DNA from: Macrostomum hystrix
Taxonomy: Eukaryota > Animalia > Platyhelminthes
Reading direction: 5' to 3'
NCBI GenBank assembly: GCA_950097015.1
Contig: CATNEN010000033.1
Coordinates: 3,534,001-3,598,000 of the forward strand
DNA length: 64,000 nt
Below are positions 15,501-30,500 of this stretch, in pieces. Numbering within the stretch: position 1 is the stretch's first letter; every line of letters begins with the position of its first letter. The translations under genes and the position numbers were made by a program. A model generated the notes under the pieces. The model worked only from the letters and a program-made list of their open reading frames with translations. It ran no database searches and was not told the DNA's origin.

Positions 15501-18500
15501 TTTCTATCTAGTAATAAGGGATCCGAGTGAGACTGAAATTAAGATTGAGAGAGACTGGGATTAAAATAGAGGGAGACTGGGAAATCTGAGTTGGATAGAG
15601 AATCTGAGATGGATAGAGGCTGAGATGGATAGAGAATCTGAGATGGATAGAGAGGCTGAGATGGATAGAGAGGCCGAGATGGATAGAGAGGCTGAGATGG
15701 ATAGAGAGGCTGAGATGGATAGAGGCTGAGATGGATAGAGGCTGAGATGGATAGAGAATCTGAGATGGATAGAGGCTGAGATGGATAGAGAATCTGAGAT
15801 GGATAGAGGCTGAGATGGATAGCGAGGCTGAGATGGATAGAGGCTGAGATGGATAGAGAGACTGAGATGGATAGAGGCTGAGATGGATAGAGGCTGAGAT
15901 GGATAAAGGCTGAGATGGATAGAGAATCTGAGATGGATAGAGAATCTGAGATGGATAGAGAGGCTGAGATGGATAGAGGCTGAGATGGATAGAGGCTGAG
16001 ATGGATAGAGAATCTGAGATAGATAGAGGCTGAGATGGATAGAGAGGCTGAGATGGATAGAGAGGCTGAGATGGATAGAGAGGCTGAGATGAATAGAGGC
16101 TGAGATGAATAGAGGCTGAGATGGATAGAGGCTGAGATGAATAGAGGCTGAGATGGATAGAGGCTGAGATGGATAGAGGCTGAGATGAATAGAGGCTGAG
16201 ATGGATAGAGGCTGAGATGGATAGAGGCTGAGATGAATAGAGGCTGAGATGGATAGAGGCTGAGATGGATAGAGGCTGAGATGAATAGAGGCTGAGATGG
16301 ATAGAGGCTGAGATGGACACAAAGTGGAAGAGTGGGACAAAACGGTATAGGGGACAGAGTGAGACAGAGATAGGGAGGAGTAGGATGAATGAACTTCTTG
16401 AAGCCCCAATCCTTGCCTTGAATGAAGCGGTAGGCTCGCTGGCTCTCTGTACCGGACAAAGAGCGAAAGGTTAACAATTAAAATCGGAAGTTATTTACTA
16501 TTTGTACTTTCTATCTAGTAATAAGGGATCCGAGTGAGACTGAAATTAAGATTGAGAGAGACTGGGAATGAGATTGAAAGACTGAGACTGGAGTTGAGAG
16601 AGTGAGACTGTGGTTGACAGAAAGAGATGGATAGAGAGACTGAGATGGATAGAGGCTGAGATGGATAGAGAATCTGAGATAGATAGAGGCTGAGATGGAT
16701 AGAGAGGCTGAGATGGATAGAGAATCTGAGATGGATAGAGGCTGAGATGGATAGAGAATCTGAGATGGATAGAGAATCTGAGATGGATAAAGGCTAAGAT
16801 GGATAGAGAGGCTGAGATGGATAGAGAGGCTGAGATGGATAGAGAGGCTGAGATGGATAGAGAGGCTGAGATGGATAGAGAGGCTGAGATGAATAGAGGC
16901 TGAGATGGATAGAGGCTGAGATGGATAGAGGCTGAGATGAATAGAGGCTGAGATGGATAGAGGCTGAGATGGATAGAGGCTGAGATGAATAGAGGCTGAG
17001 ATGGATAGAGGCTGAGATGGATAGAGGCTGAGATGGATAGAGGCTGAGATGAATAGAGGCTGAGATGGATAGAGGCTGAGATGGATAGAGGCTGAGATGA
17101 ATAGAGGCTGAGATGGATAGAGGCTGAGATGGATAGAGGCTGAGATGAATAGAGAATCTGAGATGGATAGAGGCTAAGATGGATAGAGGCTGAGATGGAT
17201 AGAGAGGCTGAGATGGATAGAGGCTGAGATGGATAGAGAATCTGAGATAGATAGAGGCTGAGATGGATAGAGAGGCTGAGATGGATAGAGAATCTGAGAT
17301 GGATAGAGGCTGAGATGGATAGAGAATCTGAGATGGATAGAGAATCTGAGATGGATAGAGGCTGAGATGGATAGAGAGGCTGAGATGGATAGAGAGGCTG
17401 AGATGGATAGAGAGGCTGAGATGGATAGAGAGGCTGAGATGGATAGAGAGGCTGAGATGAATAGAGGCTGAGATGGATAGAGGCTGAGATGGATAGAGAG
17501 GCTGAGATGGATAGAGAGACTGAGATGGATAGAGGCTGAGATGGATAGAGGCTGAGATGGATAGAGAGGCTGAGATGGATAGAGGCTGAGATGGATAGAG
17601 AGACTGAGATGGATAGAGGCTGAGATGAATAGAGGCTGAGATAGATAGAGGCTGAGATGGATAGAGGCTGAGATGGATAGAGGCTGAGATGGATAGAGGC
17701 TGAGATGGATAGAGGCTGAGATGAATAGAGGCTGAGATGGATAGAGGCTGAGATGGATAGAGGCTGAGATGAATAGAGGCTGAGATGGATAGAGGCTGAG
17801 ATGGACACAAAGTGGAAGAGTGGGACAAAACGGTATAGGGGACAGAGTGAGACAGAGATAGGGAGGAGTAGGATGAATGAACTTCTTGAAGCCCCAATCC
17901 TTGCCTTGAATGAAGCGGTAGGCTCGCTGGCTCTCTGTACCGGACAAAGAGCGAAAGGTTAACAATTAAAATCGGAAGTTATTTACTATTTGTACTTTCT
18001 ATCTAGTAATAAGGGATCCGAGTGAGACTGAAATTAAGATTGAGAGAGACTGGGAATGAGATTGAAAGACTGAGACTGGAGTTGAGAGAGTGAGACTGTG
18101 GTTGACAGAAAGAGATGGATAGAGAGACTGAGATGGATAGAGGCTGAGATGGATAGAGAATCTGAGATAGATAGAGGCTGAGATGGATAGAGAGGCTGAG
18201 ATGGATAGAGAGGCTGAGATGGATAGAGAGGCTGAGATGAATAGAGGCTGAGATGGATAGAGGCTGAGATGAATAGAGGCTGAGATGGATAGAGGCTGAG
18301 ATGGATAGAGGCTGAGATGAATAGAGGCTGAGATGGATAGAGGCTGAGATGGATAGAGGCTGAGATGAATAGAGGCTGAGATGGATAGAGGCTGAGATGG
18401 ATAGAGGCTGAGATGAATAGAGGCTGAGATGGATAGAGGCTGAGATGGACACAAAGTGGAAGAGTGGGACAAAACGGTATAGGGGACAGAGTGAGACAGA

Positions 18501-21500
18501 GATAGGGAGGAGTAGGATGAATGAACTTCTTGAAGCCCCAATCCTTGCCTTGAATGAAGCGGTAGGCTCGCTGGCTCTCTGTACCGGACAAAGAGCGAAA
18601 GGTTAACAATTAAAATCGGAAGTTATTTACTATTTGTACTTTTCTATCTAGTAATAAGGGATCCGAGTGAGACTGAAATTAAGATTGAGAGAGACTGGGA
18701 TTAAAATAGAGTGAGACTGAAATTAAGATTGAGAGAGACTGGGAATGAGATTGAAAGACTGAGACTGGAGTTGAGAGAGTGAGACTGTGGTTGACAGAAA
18801 GAGATGGATAGAGAGACTGAGATGGATAGAGGCTGAGATGGATAGAGAATCTGAGATAGATAGAGGCTGAGATGGATAGAGAGGCTGAGATGGATAGAGA
18901 ATCTGAGATGGATAGAGGCTGAGATGGATAGAGAATCTGAGATGGATAGAGAATCTGAGATGGATAGAGGCTGAGATGGATAGAGAGGCTGAGATGGATA
19001 GAGAGGCTGAGATGGATAGAGAGGCTGAGATGGATAGAGAGGCTGAGATGGATAGAGAGGCTGAGATGAATAGAGGCTGAGATGGATAGAGGCTGAGATG
19101 GATAGAGAGGCTGAGATGGATAGAGAGACTGAGATGGATAGAGGCTGAGATGGATAGAGGCTGAGATGGATAGAGAGGCTGAGATGGATAGAGGCTGAGA
19201 TGGATAGAGAGACTGAGATGGATAGAGGCTGAGATGAATAGAGGCTGAGATAGATAGAGGCTGAGATGGATAGAGGCTGAGATGGATAGAGGCTGAGATG
19301 GATAGAGGCTGAGATGGATAGAGGCTGAGATGAATAGAGGCTGAGATGGATAGAGGCTGAGATGGATAGAGGCTGAGATGAATAGAGGCTGAGATGGATA
19401 GAGGCTGAGATGGACACAAAGTGGGACAAAACGGTATAGGGGACAGAGTGAGACAGAGATAGGGAGGAGTAGGATGAATGAACTTCTTGAAGCCCCAATC
19501 CTTGCCTTGAATGAAGCGGTAGGCTCGCTGGCTCTCTGTACCGGACAAAGAGCGAAAGGTTAACAATTAAAATCGGAAGTTATTTACTATTTGTACTTTC
19601 TATCTAGTAATAAGGGATCCGAGTGAGACTGAAATTAAGATTGAGAGAGACTGGGAATGAGATTGAAAGACTGAGACTGGAGTTGAGAGAGTGAGACTGT
19701 GGTTGACAGAAAGAGATGGATAGAGAGACTGAGATGGATAGAGGCTGAGATGGATAGAGAATCTGAGATAGATAGAGGCTGAGATGGATAGAGAGGCTGA
19801 GATGGATAGAGAATCTGAGATGGATAGAGGCTGAGATGGATAGAGAATCTGAGATGGATAGAGAATCTGAGATGGATAGAGAGGCTGAGATGGATAGAGA
19901 GGCTGAGATGGATAGAGAGGCTGAGATGAATAGAGGCTGAGATGAATAGAGGCTGAGATGGATAGAGAGGCTGAGATGAATAGAGGCTGAGATGGATAGA
20001 GGCTGAGATGGATAGAGGCTGAGATGAATAGAGGCTGAGATGGATAGAGGCTGAGATGGATAGAGGCTGAGATGAATAGAGGCTGAGATGGATAGAGGCT
20101 GAGATGGATAGAGGCTGAGATGGATAGAGGCTGAGATGAATAGAGGCTGAGATGGATAGAGGCTGAGATGGACACAAAGTGGAAGAGTGGGACAAAACGG
20201 TATAGGGGACAGAGTGAGACAGAGATAGGGAGGAGTAGGATGAATGAACTTCTTGAAGCCCCAATCCTTGCCTTGAATGAAGCGGTAGGCTCGCTGGCTC
20301 TCTGTACCGGACAAAGAGCGAAAGGTTAACAATTAAAATCGGAAGTTATTTACTATTTGTACTTTCTATCTAGTAATAAGGGATCCGAGTGAGACTGAAA
20401 TTAAGATTGAGAGAGACTGGGAATGAGATTGAAAGACTGAGACTGGAGTTGAGAGAGTGAGACTGTGGTTGACAGAAAGAGATGGATAGAGAGACTGAGA
20501 TGGATAGAGGCTGAGATGGATAGAGAATCTGAGATAGATAGAGGCTGAGATGGATAGAGAGGCTGAGATGGATAGAGAATCTGAGATGGATAGAGGCTGA
20601 GATGGATAGAGAATCTGAGATGGATAGAGAATCTGAGATGGATAGAGAGGCTGAGATGGATAGAGAGGCTGAGATGGATAGAGAGGCTGAGATGAATAGA
20701 GGCTGAGATGAATAGAGGCTGAGATGGATAGAGGCTGAGATGAATAGAGGCTGAGATGGATAGAGGCTGAGATGGATAGAGGCTGAGATGAATAGAGGCT
20801 GAGATGGATAGAGGCTGAGATGGATAGAGGCTGAGATGAATAGAGGCTGAGATGGATAGAGGCTGAGATGGATAGAGGCTGAGATGAATAGAGGCTGAGA
20901 TGGATAGAGGCTGAGATGGACACAAAGTGGAAGAGTGGGACAAAACGGTATAGGGGACAGAGTGAGACAGAGATAGGGAGGAGTAGGATGAATGAACTTC
21001 TTGAAGCCCCAATCCTTGCCTTGAATGAAGCGGTAGGCTCGCTGGCTCTCTGTACCGGACAAAGAGCGAAAGGTTAACAATTAAAATCGGAAGTTATTTA
21101 CTATTTGTACTTTTCTATCTAGTAATAAGGGATCCGAGTGAGACTGAAATTAAGATTGAGAGAGACTGGGATTAAAATAGAGTGAGACTGAAATTAAGAT
21201 TGAGAGAGACTGGGAATGAGATTGAAAGACTGAGACTGGAGTTGAGAGAGTGAGACTGTGGTTGACAGAAAGAGATGGATAGAGAGACTGAGATGGATAG
21301 AGGCTGAGATGGATAGAGAATCTGAGATAGATAGAGGCTGAGATGGATAGAGAGGCTGAGATGGATAGAGAATCTGAGATGGATAGAGGCTGAGATGGAT
21401 AGAGAATCTGAGATGGATAGAGAATCTGAGATGGATAGAGGCTGAGATGGATAGAGAGGCTGAGATGGATAGAGAGGCTGAGATGGATAGAGAGGCTGAG

Positions 21501-24500
21501 ATGGATAGAGAGGCTGAGATGGATAGAGAGGCTGAGATGAATAGAGGCTGAGATGGATAGAGGCTGAGATGGATAGAGAGGCTGAGATGGATAGAGAGAC
21601 TGAGATGGATAGAGGCTGAGATGGATAGAGGCTGAGATGGATAGAGAGGCTGAGATGGATAGAGGCTGAGATGGATAGAGAGACTGAGATGGATAGAGGC
21701 TGAGATGAATAGAGGCTGAGATAGATAGAGGCTGAGATGGATAGAGGCTGAGATGGATAGAGGCTGAGATGGATAGAGGCTGAGATGGATAGAGGCTGAG
21801 ATGAATAGAGGCTGAGATGGATAGAGGCTGAGATGGATAGAGGCTGAGATGAATAGAGGCTGAGATGGATAGAGGCTGAGATGGACACAAAGTGGAAGAG
21901 TGGGACAAAACGGTATAGGGGACAGAGTGAGACAGAGATAGGGAGGAGTAGGATGAATGAACTTCTTGAAGCCCCAATCCTTGCCTTGAATGAAGCGGTA
22001 GGCTCGCTGGCTCTCTGTACCGGACAAAGAGCGAAAGGTTAACAATTAAAATCGGAAGTTATTTACTATTTGTACTTTCTATCTAGTAATAAGGGATCCG
22101 AGTGAGACTGAAATTAAGATTGAGAGAGACTGGGAATGAGATTGAAAGACTGAGACTGGAGTTGAGAGAGTGAGACTGTGGTTGACAGAAAGAGATGGAT
22201 AGAGAGACTGAGATGGATAGAGGCTGAGATGGATAGAGAATCTGAGATAGATAGAGGCTGAGATGGATAGAGAGGCTGAGATGGATAGAGAGGCTGAGAT
22301 GGATAGAGAGGCTGAGATGAATAGAGGCTGAGATGGATAGAGGCTGAGATGAATAGAGGCTGAGATGGATAGAGGCTGAGATGGATAGAGGCTGAGATGA
22401 ATAGAGGCTGAGATGGATAGAGGCTGAGATGGATAGAGGCTGAGATGAATAGAGGCTGAGATGGATAGAGGCTGAGATGGATAGAGGCTGAGATGAATAG
22501 AGGCTGAGATGGATAGAGGCTGAGATGGACACAAAGTGGAAGAGTGGGACAAAACGGTATAGGGGACAGAGTGAGACAGAGATAGGGAGGAGTAGGATGA
22601 ATGAACTTCTTGAAGCCCCAATCCTTGCCTTGAATGAAGCGGTAGGCTCGCTGGCTCTCTGTACCGGACAAAGAGCGAAAGGTTAACAATTAAAATCGGA
22701 AGTTATTTACTATTTGTACTTTCTATCTAGTAATAAGGGATCCGAGTGAGACTGAAATTAAGATTGAGAGAGACTGGGAATGAGATTGAAAGACTGAGAC
22801 TGGAGTTGAGAGAGTGAGACTGTGGTTGACAGAAAGAGATGGATAGAGAGACTGAGATGGATAGAGGCTGAGATGGATAGAGAATCTGAGATAGATAGAG
22901 GCTGAGATGGATAGAGAGGCTGAGATGGATAGAGAATCTGAGATGGATAGAGGCTGAGATGGATAGAGAATCTGAGATGGATAGAGAATCTGAGATGGAT
23001 AGAGAGGCTGAGATGGATAGAGAGGCTGAGATGGATAGAGAGGCTGAGATGAATAGAGGCTGAGATGAATAGAGGCTGAGATGGATAGAGGCTGAGATGA
23101 ATAGAGGCTGAGATGGATAGAGGCTGAGATGGATAGAGGCTGAGATGAATAGAGGCTGAGATGGATAGAGGCTGAGATGGATAGAGGCTGAGATGAATAG
23201 AGGCTGAGATGGATAGAGGCTGAGATGGATAGAGGCTGAGATGGATAGAGGCTGAGATGAATAGAGGCTGAGATGGATAGAGGCTGAGATGGACACAAAG
23301 TGGAAGAGTGGGACAAAACGGTATAGGGGACAGAGTGAGACAGAGATAGGGAGGAGTAGGATGAATGAACTTCTTGAAGCCCCAATCCTTGCCTTGAATG
23401 AAGCGGTAGGCTCGCTGGCTCTCTGTACCGGACAAAGAGCGAAAGGTTAACAATTAAAATCGGAAGTTATTTACTATTTGTACTTTTCTATCTAGTAATA
23501 AGGGATCCGAGTGAGACTGAAATTAAGATTGAGAGAGACTGGGATTAAAATAGAGTGAGACTGAAATTAAGATTGAGAGAGACTGGGAATGAGATTGAAA
23601 GACTGAGACTGGAGTTGAGAGAGTGAGACTGTGGTTGACAGAAAGAGATGGATAGAGAGACTGAGATGGATAGAGGCTGAGATGGATAGAGAATCTGAGA
23701 TAGATAGAGGCTGAGATGGATAGAGAGGCTGAGATGGATAGAGAATCTGAGATGGATAGAGGCTGAGATGGATAGAGAATCTGAGATGGATAGAGAGGCT
23801 GAGATGGATAGAGAGGCCGAGATGGATAGAGAGGCTGAGATGGATAGAGAGGCTGAGATGGATAGAGGCTGAGATGGATAGAGGCTGAGATGGATAGAGA
23901 ATCTGAGATGGATAGAGGCTGAGATGGATAGAGAATCTGAGATGGATAGAGGCTGAGATGGATAGCGAGGCTGAGATGGATAGAGGCTGAGATGGATAGA
24001 GAGACTGAGATGGATAGAGGCTGAGATGGATAGAGGCTGAGATGGATAAAGGCTGAGATGGATAGAGAATCTGAGATGGATAGAGAATCTGAGATGGATA
24101 GAGAGGCTGAGATGGATAGAGGCTGAGATGGATAGAGGCTGAGATGGATAGAGAATCTGAGATAGATAGAGGCTGAGATGGATAGAGAGGCTGAGATGGA
24201 TAGAGAGGCTGAGATGGATAGAGAGGCTGAGATGAATAGAGGCTGAGATGAATAGAGGCTGAGATGGATAGAGGCTGAGATGAATAGAGGCTGAGATGGA
24301 TAGAGGCTGAGATGGATAGAGGCTGAGATGAATAGAGGCTGAGATGGATAGAGGCTGAGATGGATAGAGGCTGAGATGAATAGAGGCTGAGATGGATAGA
24401 GGCTGAGATGGATAGAGGCTGAGATGAATAGAGGCTGAGATGGATAGAGGCTGAGATGGACACAAAGTGGAAGAGTGGGACAAAACGGTATAGGGGACAG

Positions 24501-27500
24501 AGTGAGACAGAGATAGGGAGGAGTAGGATGAATGAACTTCTTGAAGCCCCAATCCTTGCCTTGAATGAAGCGGTAGGCTCGCTGGCTCTCTGTACCGGAC
24601 AAAGAGCGAAAGGTTAACAATTAAAATCGGAAGTTATTTACTATTTGTACTTTCTATCTAGTAATAAGGGATCCGAGTGAGACTGAAATTAAGATTGAGA
24701 GAGACTGGGAATGAGATTGAAAGACTGAGACTGGAGTTGAGAGAGTGAGACTGTGGTTGACAGAAAGAGATGGATAGAGAGACTGAGATGGATAGAGGCT
24801 GAGATGGATAGAGAATCTGAGATAGATAGAGGCTGAGATGGATAGAGAGGCTGAGATGGATAGAGAATCTGAGATGGATAGAGGCTGAGATGGATAGAGA
24901 ATCTGAGATGGATAGAGAATCTGAGATGGATAAAGGCTAAGATGGATAGAGAGGCTGAGATGGATAGAGAGGCTGAGATGGATAGAGAGGCTGAGATGGA
25001 TAGAGAGGCTGAGATGGATAGAGAGGCTGAGATGAATAGAGGCTGAGATGGATAGAGGCTGAGATGGATAGAGGCTGAGATGAATAGAGGCTGAGATGGA
25101 TAGAGGCTGAGATGGATAGAGGCTGAGATGAATAGAGGCTGAGATGGATAGAGGCTGAGATGGATAGAGGCTGAGATGGATAGAGGCTGAGATGAATAGA
25201 GGCTGAGATGGATAGAGGCTGAGATGGATAGAGGCTGAGATGAATAGAGGCTGAGATGGATAGAGGCTGAGATGGATAGAGGCTGAGATGAATAGAGAAT
25301 CTGAGATGGATAGAGGCTAAGATGGATAGAGGCTGAGATGGATAGAGAGGCTGAGATGGATAGAGGCTGAGATGGATAGAGAATCTGAGATAGATAGAGG
25401 CTGAGATGGATAGAGAGGCTGAGATGGATAGAGAATCTGAGATGGATAGAGGCTGAGATGGATAGAGAATCTGAGATGGATAGAGAATCTGAGATGGATA
25501 GAGGCTGAGATGGATAGAGAGGCTGAGATGGATAGAGAGGCTGAGATGGATAGAGAGGCTGAGATGGATAGAGAGGCTGAGATGGATAGAGAGGCTGAGA
25601 TGAATAGAGGCTGAGATGGATAGAGGCTGAGATGGATAGAGAGGCTGAGATGGATAGAGAGACTGAGATGGATAGAGGCTGAGATGGATAGAGGCTGAGA
25701 TGGATAGAGAGGCTGAGATGGATAGAGGCTGAGATGGATAGAGAGACTGAGATGGATAGAGGCTGAGATGAATAGAGGCTGAGATAGATAGAGGCTGAGA
25801 TGGATAGAGGCTGAGATGGATAGAGGCTGAGATGGATAGAGGCTGAGATGGATAGAGGCTGAGATGAATAGAGGCTGAGATGGATAGAGGCTGAGATGGA
25901 TAGAGGCTGAGATGAATAGAGGCTGAGATGGATAGAGGCTGAGATGGACACAAAGTGGAAGAGTGGGACAAAACGGTATAGGGGACAGAGTGAGACAGAG
26001 ATAGGGAGGAGTAGGATGAATGAACTTCTTGAAGCCCCAATCCTTGCCTTGAATGAAGCGGTAGGCTCGCTGGCTCTCTGTACCGGACAAAGAGCGAAAG
26101 GTTAACAATTAAAATCGGAAGTTATTTACTATTTGTACTTTCTATCTAGTAATAAGGGATCCGAGTGAGACTGAAATTAAGATTGAGAGAGACTGGGAAT
26201 GAGATTGAAAGACTGAGACTGGAGTTGAGAGAGTGAGACTGTGGTTGACAGAAAGAGATGGATAGAGAGACTGAGATGGATAGAGGCTGAGATGGATAGA
26301 GAATCTGAGATAGATAGAGGCTGAGATGGATAGAGAGGCTGAGATGGATAGAGAGGCTGAGATGGATAGAGAGGCTGAGATGAATAGAGGCTGAGATGGA
26401 TAGAGGCTGAGATGAATAGAGGCTGAGATGGATAGAGGCTGAGATGGATAGAGGCTGAGATGAATAGAGGCTGAGATGGATAGAGGCTGAGATGGATAGA
26501 GGCTGAGATGAATAGAGGCTGAGATGGATAGAGGCTGAGATGGATAGAGGCTGAGATGAATAGAGGCTGAGATGGATAGAGGCTGAGATGGACACAAAGT
26601 GGAAGAGTGGGACAAAACGGTATAGGGGACAGAGTGAGACAGAGATAGGGAGGAGTAGGATGAATGAACTTCTTGAAGCCCCAATCCTTGCCTTGAATGA
26701 AGCGGTAGGCTCGCTGGCTCTCTGTACCGGACAAAGAGCGAAAGGTTAACAATTAAAATCGGAAGTTATTTACTATTTGTACTTTTCTATCTAGTAATAA
26801 GGGATCCGAGTGAGACTGAAATTAAGATTGAGAGAGACTGGGATTAAAATAGAGTGAGACTGAAATTAAGATTGAGAGAGACTGGGAATGAGATTGAAAG
26901 ACTGAGACTGGAGTTGAGAGAGTGAGACTGTGGTTGACAGAAAGAGATGGATAGAGAGACTGAGATGGATAGAGGCTGAGATGGATAGAGAATCTGAGAT
27001 AGATAGAGGCTGAGATGGATAGAGAGGCTGAGATGGATAGAGAATCTGAGATGGATAGAGGCTGAGATGGATAGAGAATCTGAGATGGATAGAGAATCTG
27101 AGATGGATAGAGGCTGAGATGGATAGAGAGGCTGAGATGGATAGAGAGGCTGAGATGGATAGAGAGGCTGAGATGGATAGAGAGGCTGAGATGGATAGAG
27201 AGGCTGAGATGAATAGAGGCTGAGATGGATAGAGGCTGAGATGGATAGAGAGGCTGAGATGGATAGAGAGACTGAGATGGATAGAGGCTGAGATGGATAG
27301 AGGCTGAGATGGATAGAGAGGCTGAGATGGATAGAGGCTGAGATGGATAGAGAGACTGAGATGGATAGAGGCTGAGATGAATAGAGGCTGAGATAGATAG
27401 AGGCTGAGATGGATAGAGGCTGAGATGGATAGAGGCTGAGATGGATAGAGGCTGAGATGGATAGAGGCTGAGATGAATAGAGGCTGAGATGGATAGAGGC

Positions 27501-30500
27501 TGAGATGGATAGAGGCTGAGATGAATAGAGGCTGAGATGGATAGAGGCTGAGATGGACACAAAGTGGGACAAAACGGTATAGGGGACAGAGTGAGACAGA
27601 GATAGGGAGGAGTAGGATGAATGAACTTCTTGAAGCCCCAATCCTTGCCTTGAATGAAGCGGTAGGCTCGCTGGCTCTCTGTACCGGACAAAGAGCGAAA
27701 GGTTAACAATTAAAATCGGAAGTTATTTACTATTTGTACTTTCTATCTAGTAATAAGGGATCCGAGTGAGACTGAAATTAAGATTGAGAGAGACTGGGAA
27801 TGAGATTGAAAGACTGAGACTGGAGTTGAGAGAGTGAGACTGTGGTTGACAGAAAGAGATGGATAGAGAGACTGAGATGGATAGAGGCTGAGATGGATAG
27901 AGAATCTGAGATAGATAGAGGCTGAGATGGATAGAGAGGCTGAGATGGATAGAGAATCTGAGATGGATAGAGGCTGAGATGGATAGAGAATCTGAGATGG
28001 ATAGAGAATCTGAGATGGATAGAGAGGCTGAGATGGATAGAGAGGCTGAGATGGATAGAGAGGCTGAGATGAATAGAGGCTGAGATGAATAGAGGCTGAG
28101 ATGGATAGAGGCTGAGATGAATAGAGGCTGAGATGGATAGAGGCTGAGATGGATAGAGGCTGAGATGAATAGAGGCTGAGATGGATAGAGGCTGAGATGG
28201 ATAGAGGCTGAGATGAATAGAGGCTGAGATGGATAGAGGCTGAGATGGATAGAGGCTGAGATGGATAGAGGCTGAGATGAATAGAGGCTGAGATGGATAG
28301 AGGCTGAGATGGACACAAAGTGGAAGAGTGGGACAAAACGGTATAGGGGACAGAGTGAGACAGAGATAGGGAGGAGTAGGATGAATGAACTTCTTGAAGC
28401 CCCAATCCTTGCCTTGAATGAAGCGGTAGGCTCGCTGGCTCTCTGTACCGGACAAAGAGCGAAAGGTTAACAATTAAAATCGGAAGTTATTTACTATTTG
28501 TACTTTTCTATCTAGTAATAAGGGATCCGAGTGAGACTGAAATTAAGATTGAGAGAGACTGGGATTAAAATAGAGTGAGACTGAAATTAAGATTGAGAGA
28601 GACTGGGAATGAGATTGAAAGACTGAGACTGGAGTTGAGAGAGTGAGACTGTGGTTGACAGAAAGAGATGGATAGAGAGACTGAGATGGATAGAGGCTGA
28701 GATGGATAGAGAATCTGAGATAGATAGAGGCTGAGATGGATAGAGAGGCTGAGATGGATAGAGAATCTGAGATGGATAGAGGCTGAGATGGATAGAGAAT
28801 CTGAGATGGATAGAGAATCTGAGATGGATAGAGGCTGAGATGGATAGAGAGGCTGAGATGGATAGAGAGGCTGAGATGGATAGAGAGGCTGAGATGGATA
28901 GAGAGGCTGAGATGGATAGAGAGGCTGAGATGAATAGAGGCTGAGATGGATAGAGGCTGAGATGGATAGAGAGGCTGAGATGGATAGAGAGACTGAGATG
29001 GATAGAGGCTGAGATGGATAGAGGCTGAGATGGATAGAGAGGCTGAGATGGATAGAGGCTGAGATGGATAGAGAGACTGAGATGGATAGAGGCTGAGATG
29101 AATAGAGGCTGAGATAGATAGAGGCTGAGATGGATAGAGGCTGAGATGGATAGAGGCTGAGATGGATAGAGGCTGAGATGGATAGAGGCTGAGATGAATA
29201 GAGGCTGAGATGGATAGAGGCTGAGATGGATAGAGGCTGAGATGAATAGAGGCTGAGATGGATAGAGGCTGAGATGGACACAAAGTGGAAGAGTGGGACA
29301 AAACGGTATAGGGGACAGAGTGAGACAGAGATAGGGAGGAGTAGGATGAATGAACTTCTTGAAGCCCCAATCCTTGCCTTGAATGAAGCGGTAGGCTCGC
29401 TGGCTCTCTGTACCGGACAAAGAGCGAAAGGTTAACAATTAAAATCGGAAGTTATTTACTATTTGTACTTTCTATCTAGTAATAAGGGATCCGAGTGAGA
29501 CTGAAATTAAGATTGAGAGAGACTGGGAATGAGATTGAAAGACTGAGACTGGAGTTGAGAGAGTGAGACTGTGGTTGACAGAAAGAGATGGATAGAGAGA
29601 CTGAGATGGATAGAGGCTGAGATGGATAGAGAATCTGAGATAGATAGAGGCTGAGATGGATAGAGAGGCTGAGATGGATAGAGAATCTGAGATGGATAGA
29701 GGCTGAGATGGATAGAGAATCTGAGATGGATAGAGAATCTGAGATGGATAGAGAGGCTGAGATGGATAGAGAGGCTGAGATGGATAGAGAGGCTGAGATG
29801 AATAGAGGCTGAGATGAATAGAGGCTGAGATGGATAGAGGCTGAGATGAATAGAGGCTGAGATGGATAGAGGCTGAGATGGATAGAGGCTGAGATGAATA
29901 GAGGCTGAGATGGATAGAGGCTGAGATGGATAGAGGCTGAGATGAATAGAGGCTGAGATGGATAGAGGCTGAGATGGATAGAGGCTGAGATGGATAGAGG
30001 CTGAGATGAATAGAGGCTGAGATGGATAGAGGCTGAGATGGACACAAAGTGGAAGAGTGGGACAAAACGGTATAGGGGACAGAGTGAGACAGAGATAGGG
30101 AGGAGTAGGATGAATGAACTTCTTGAAGCCCCAATCCTTGCCTTGAATGAAGCGGTAGGCTCGCTGGCTCTCTGTACCGGACAAAGAGCGAAAGGTTAAC
30201 AATTAAAATCGGAAGTTATTTACTATTTGTACTTTCTATCTAGTAATAAGGGATCCGAGTGAGACTGAAATTAAGATTGAGAGAGACTGGGAATGAGATT
30301 GAAAGACTGAGACTGGAGTTGAGAGAGTGAGACTGTGGTTGACAGAAAGAGATGGATAGAGAGACTGAGATGGATAGAGGCTGAGATGGATAGAGAATCT
30401 GAGATAGATAGAGGCTGAGATGGATAGAGAGGCTGAGATGGATAGAGAATCTGAGATGGATAGAGGCTGAGATGGATAGAGAATCTGAGATGGATAGAGA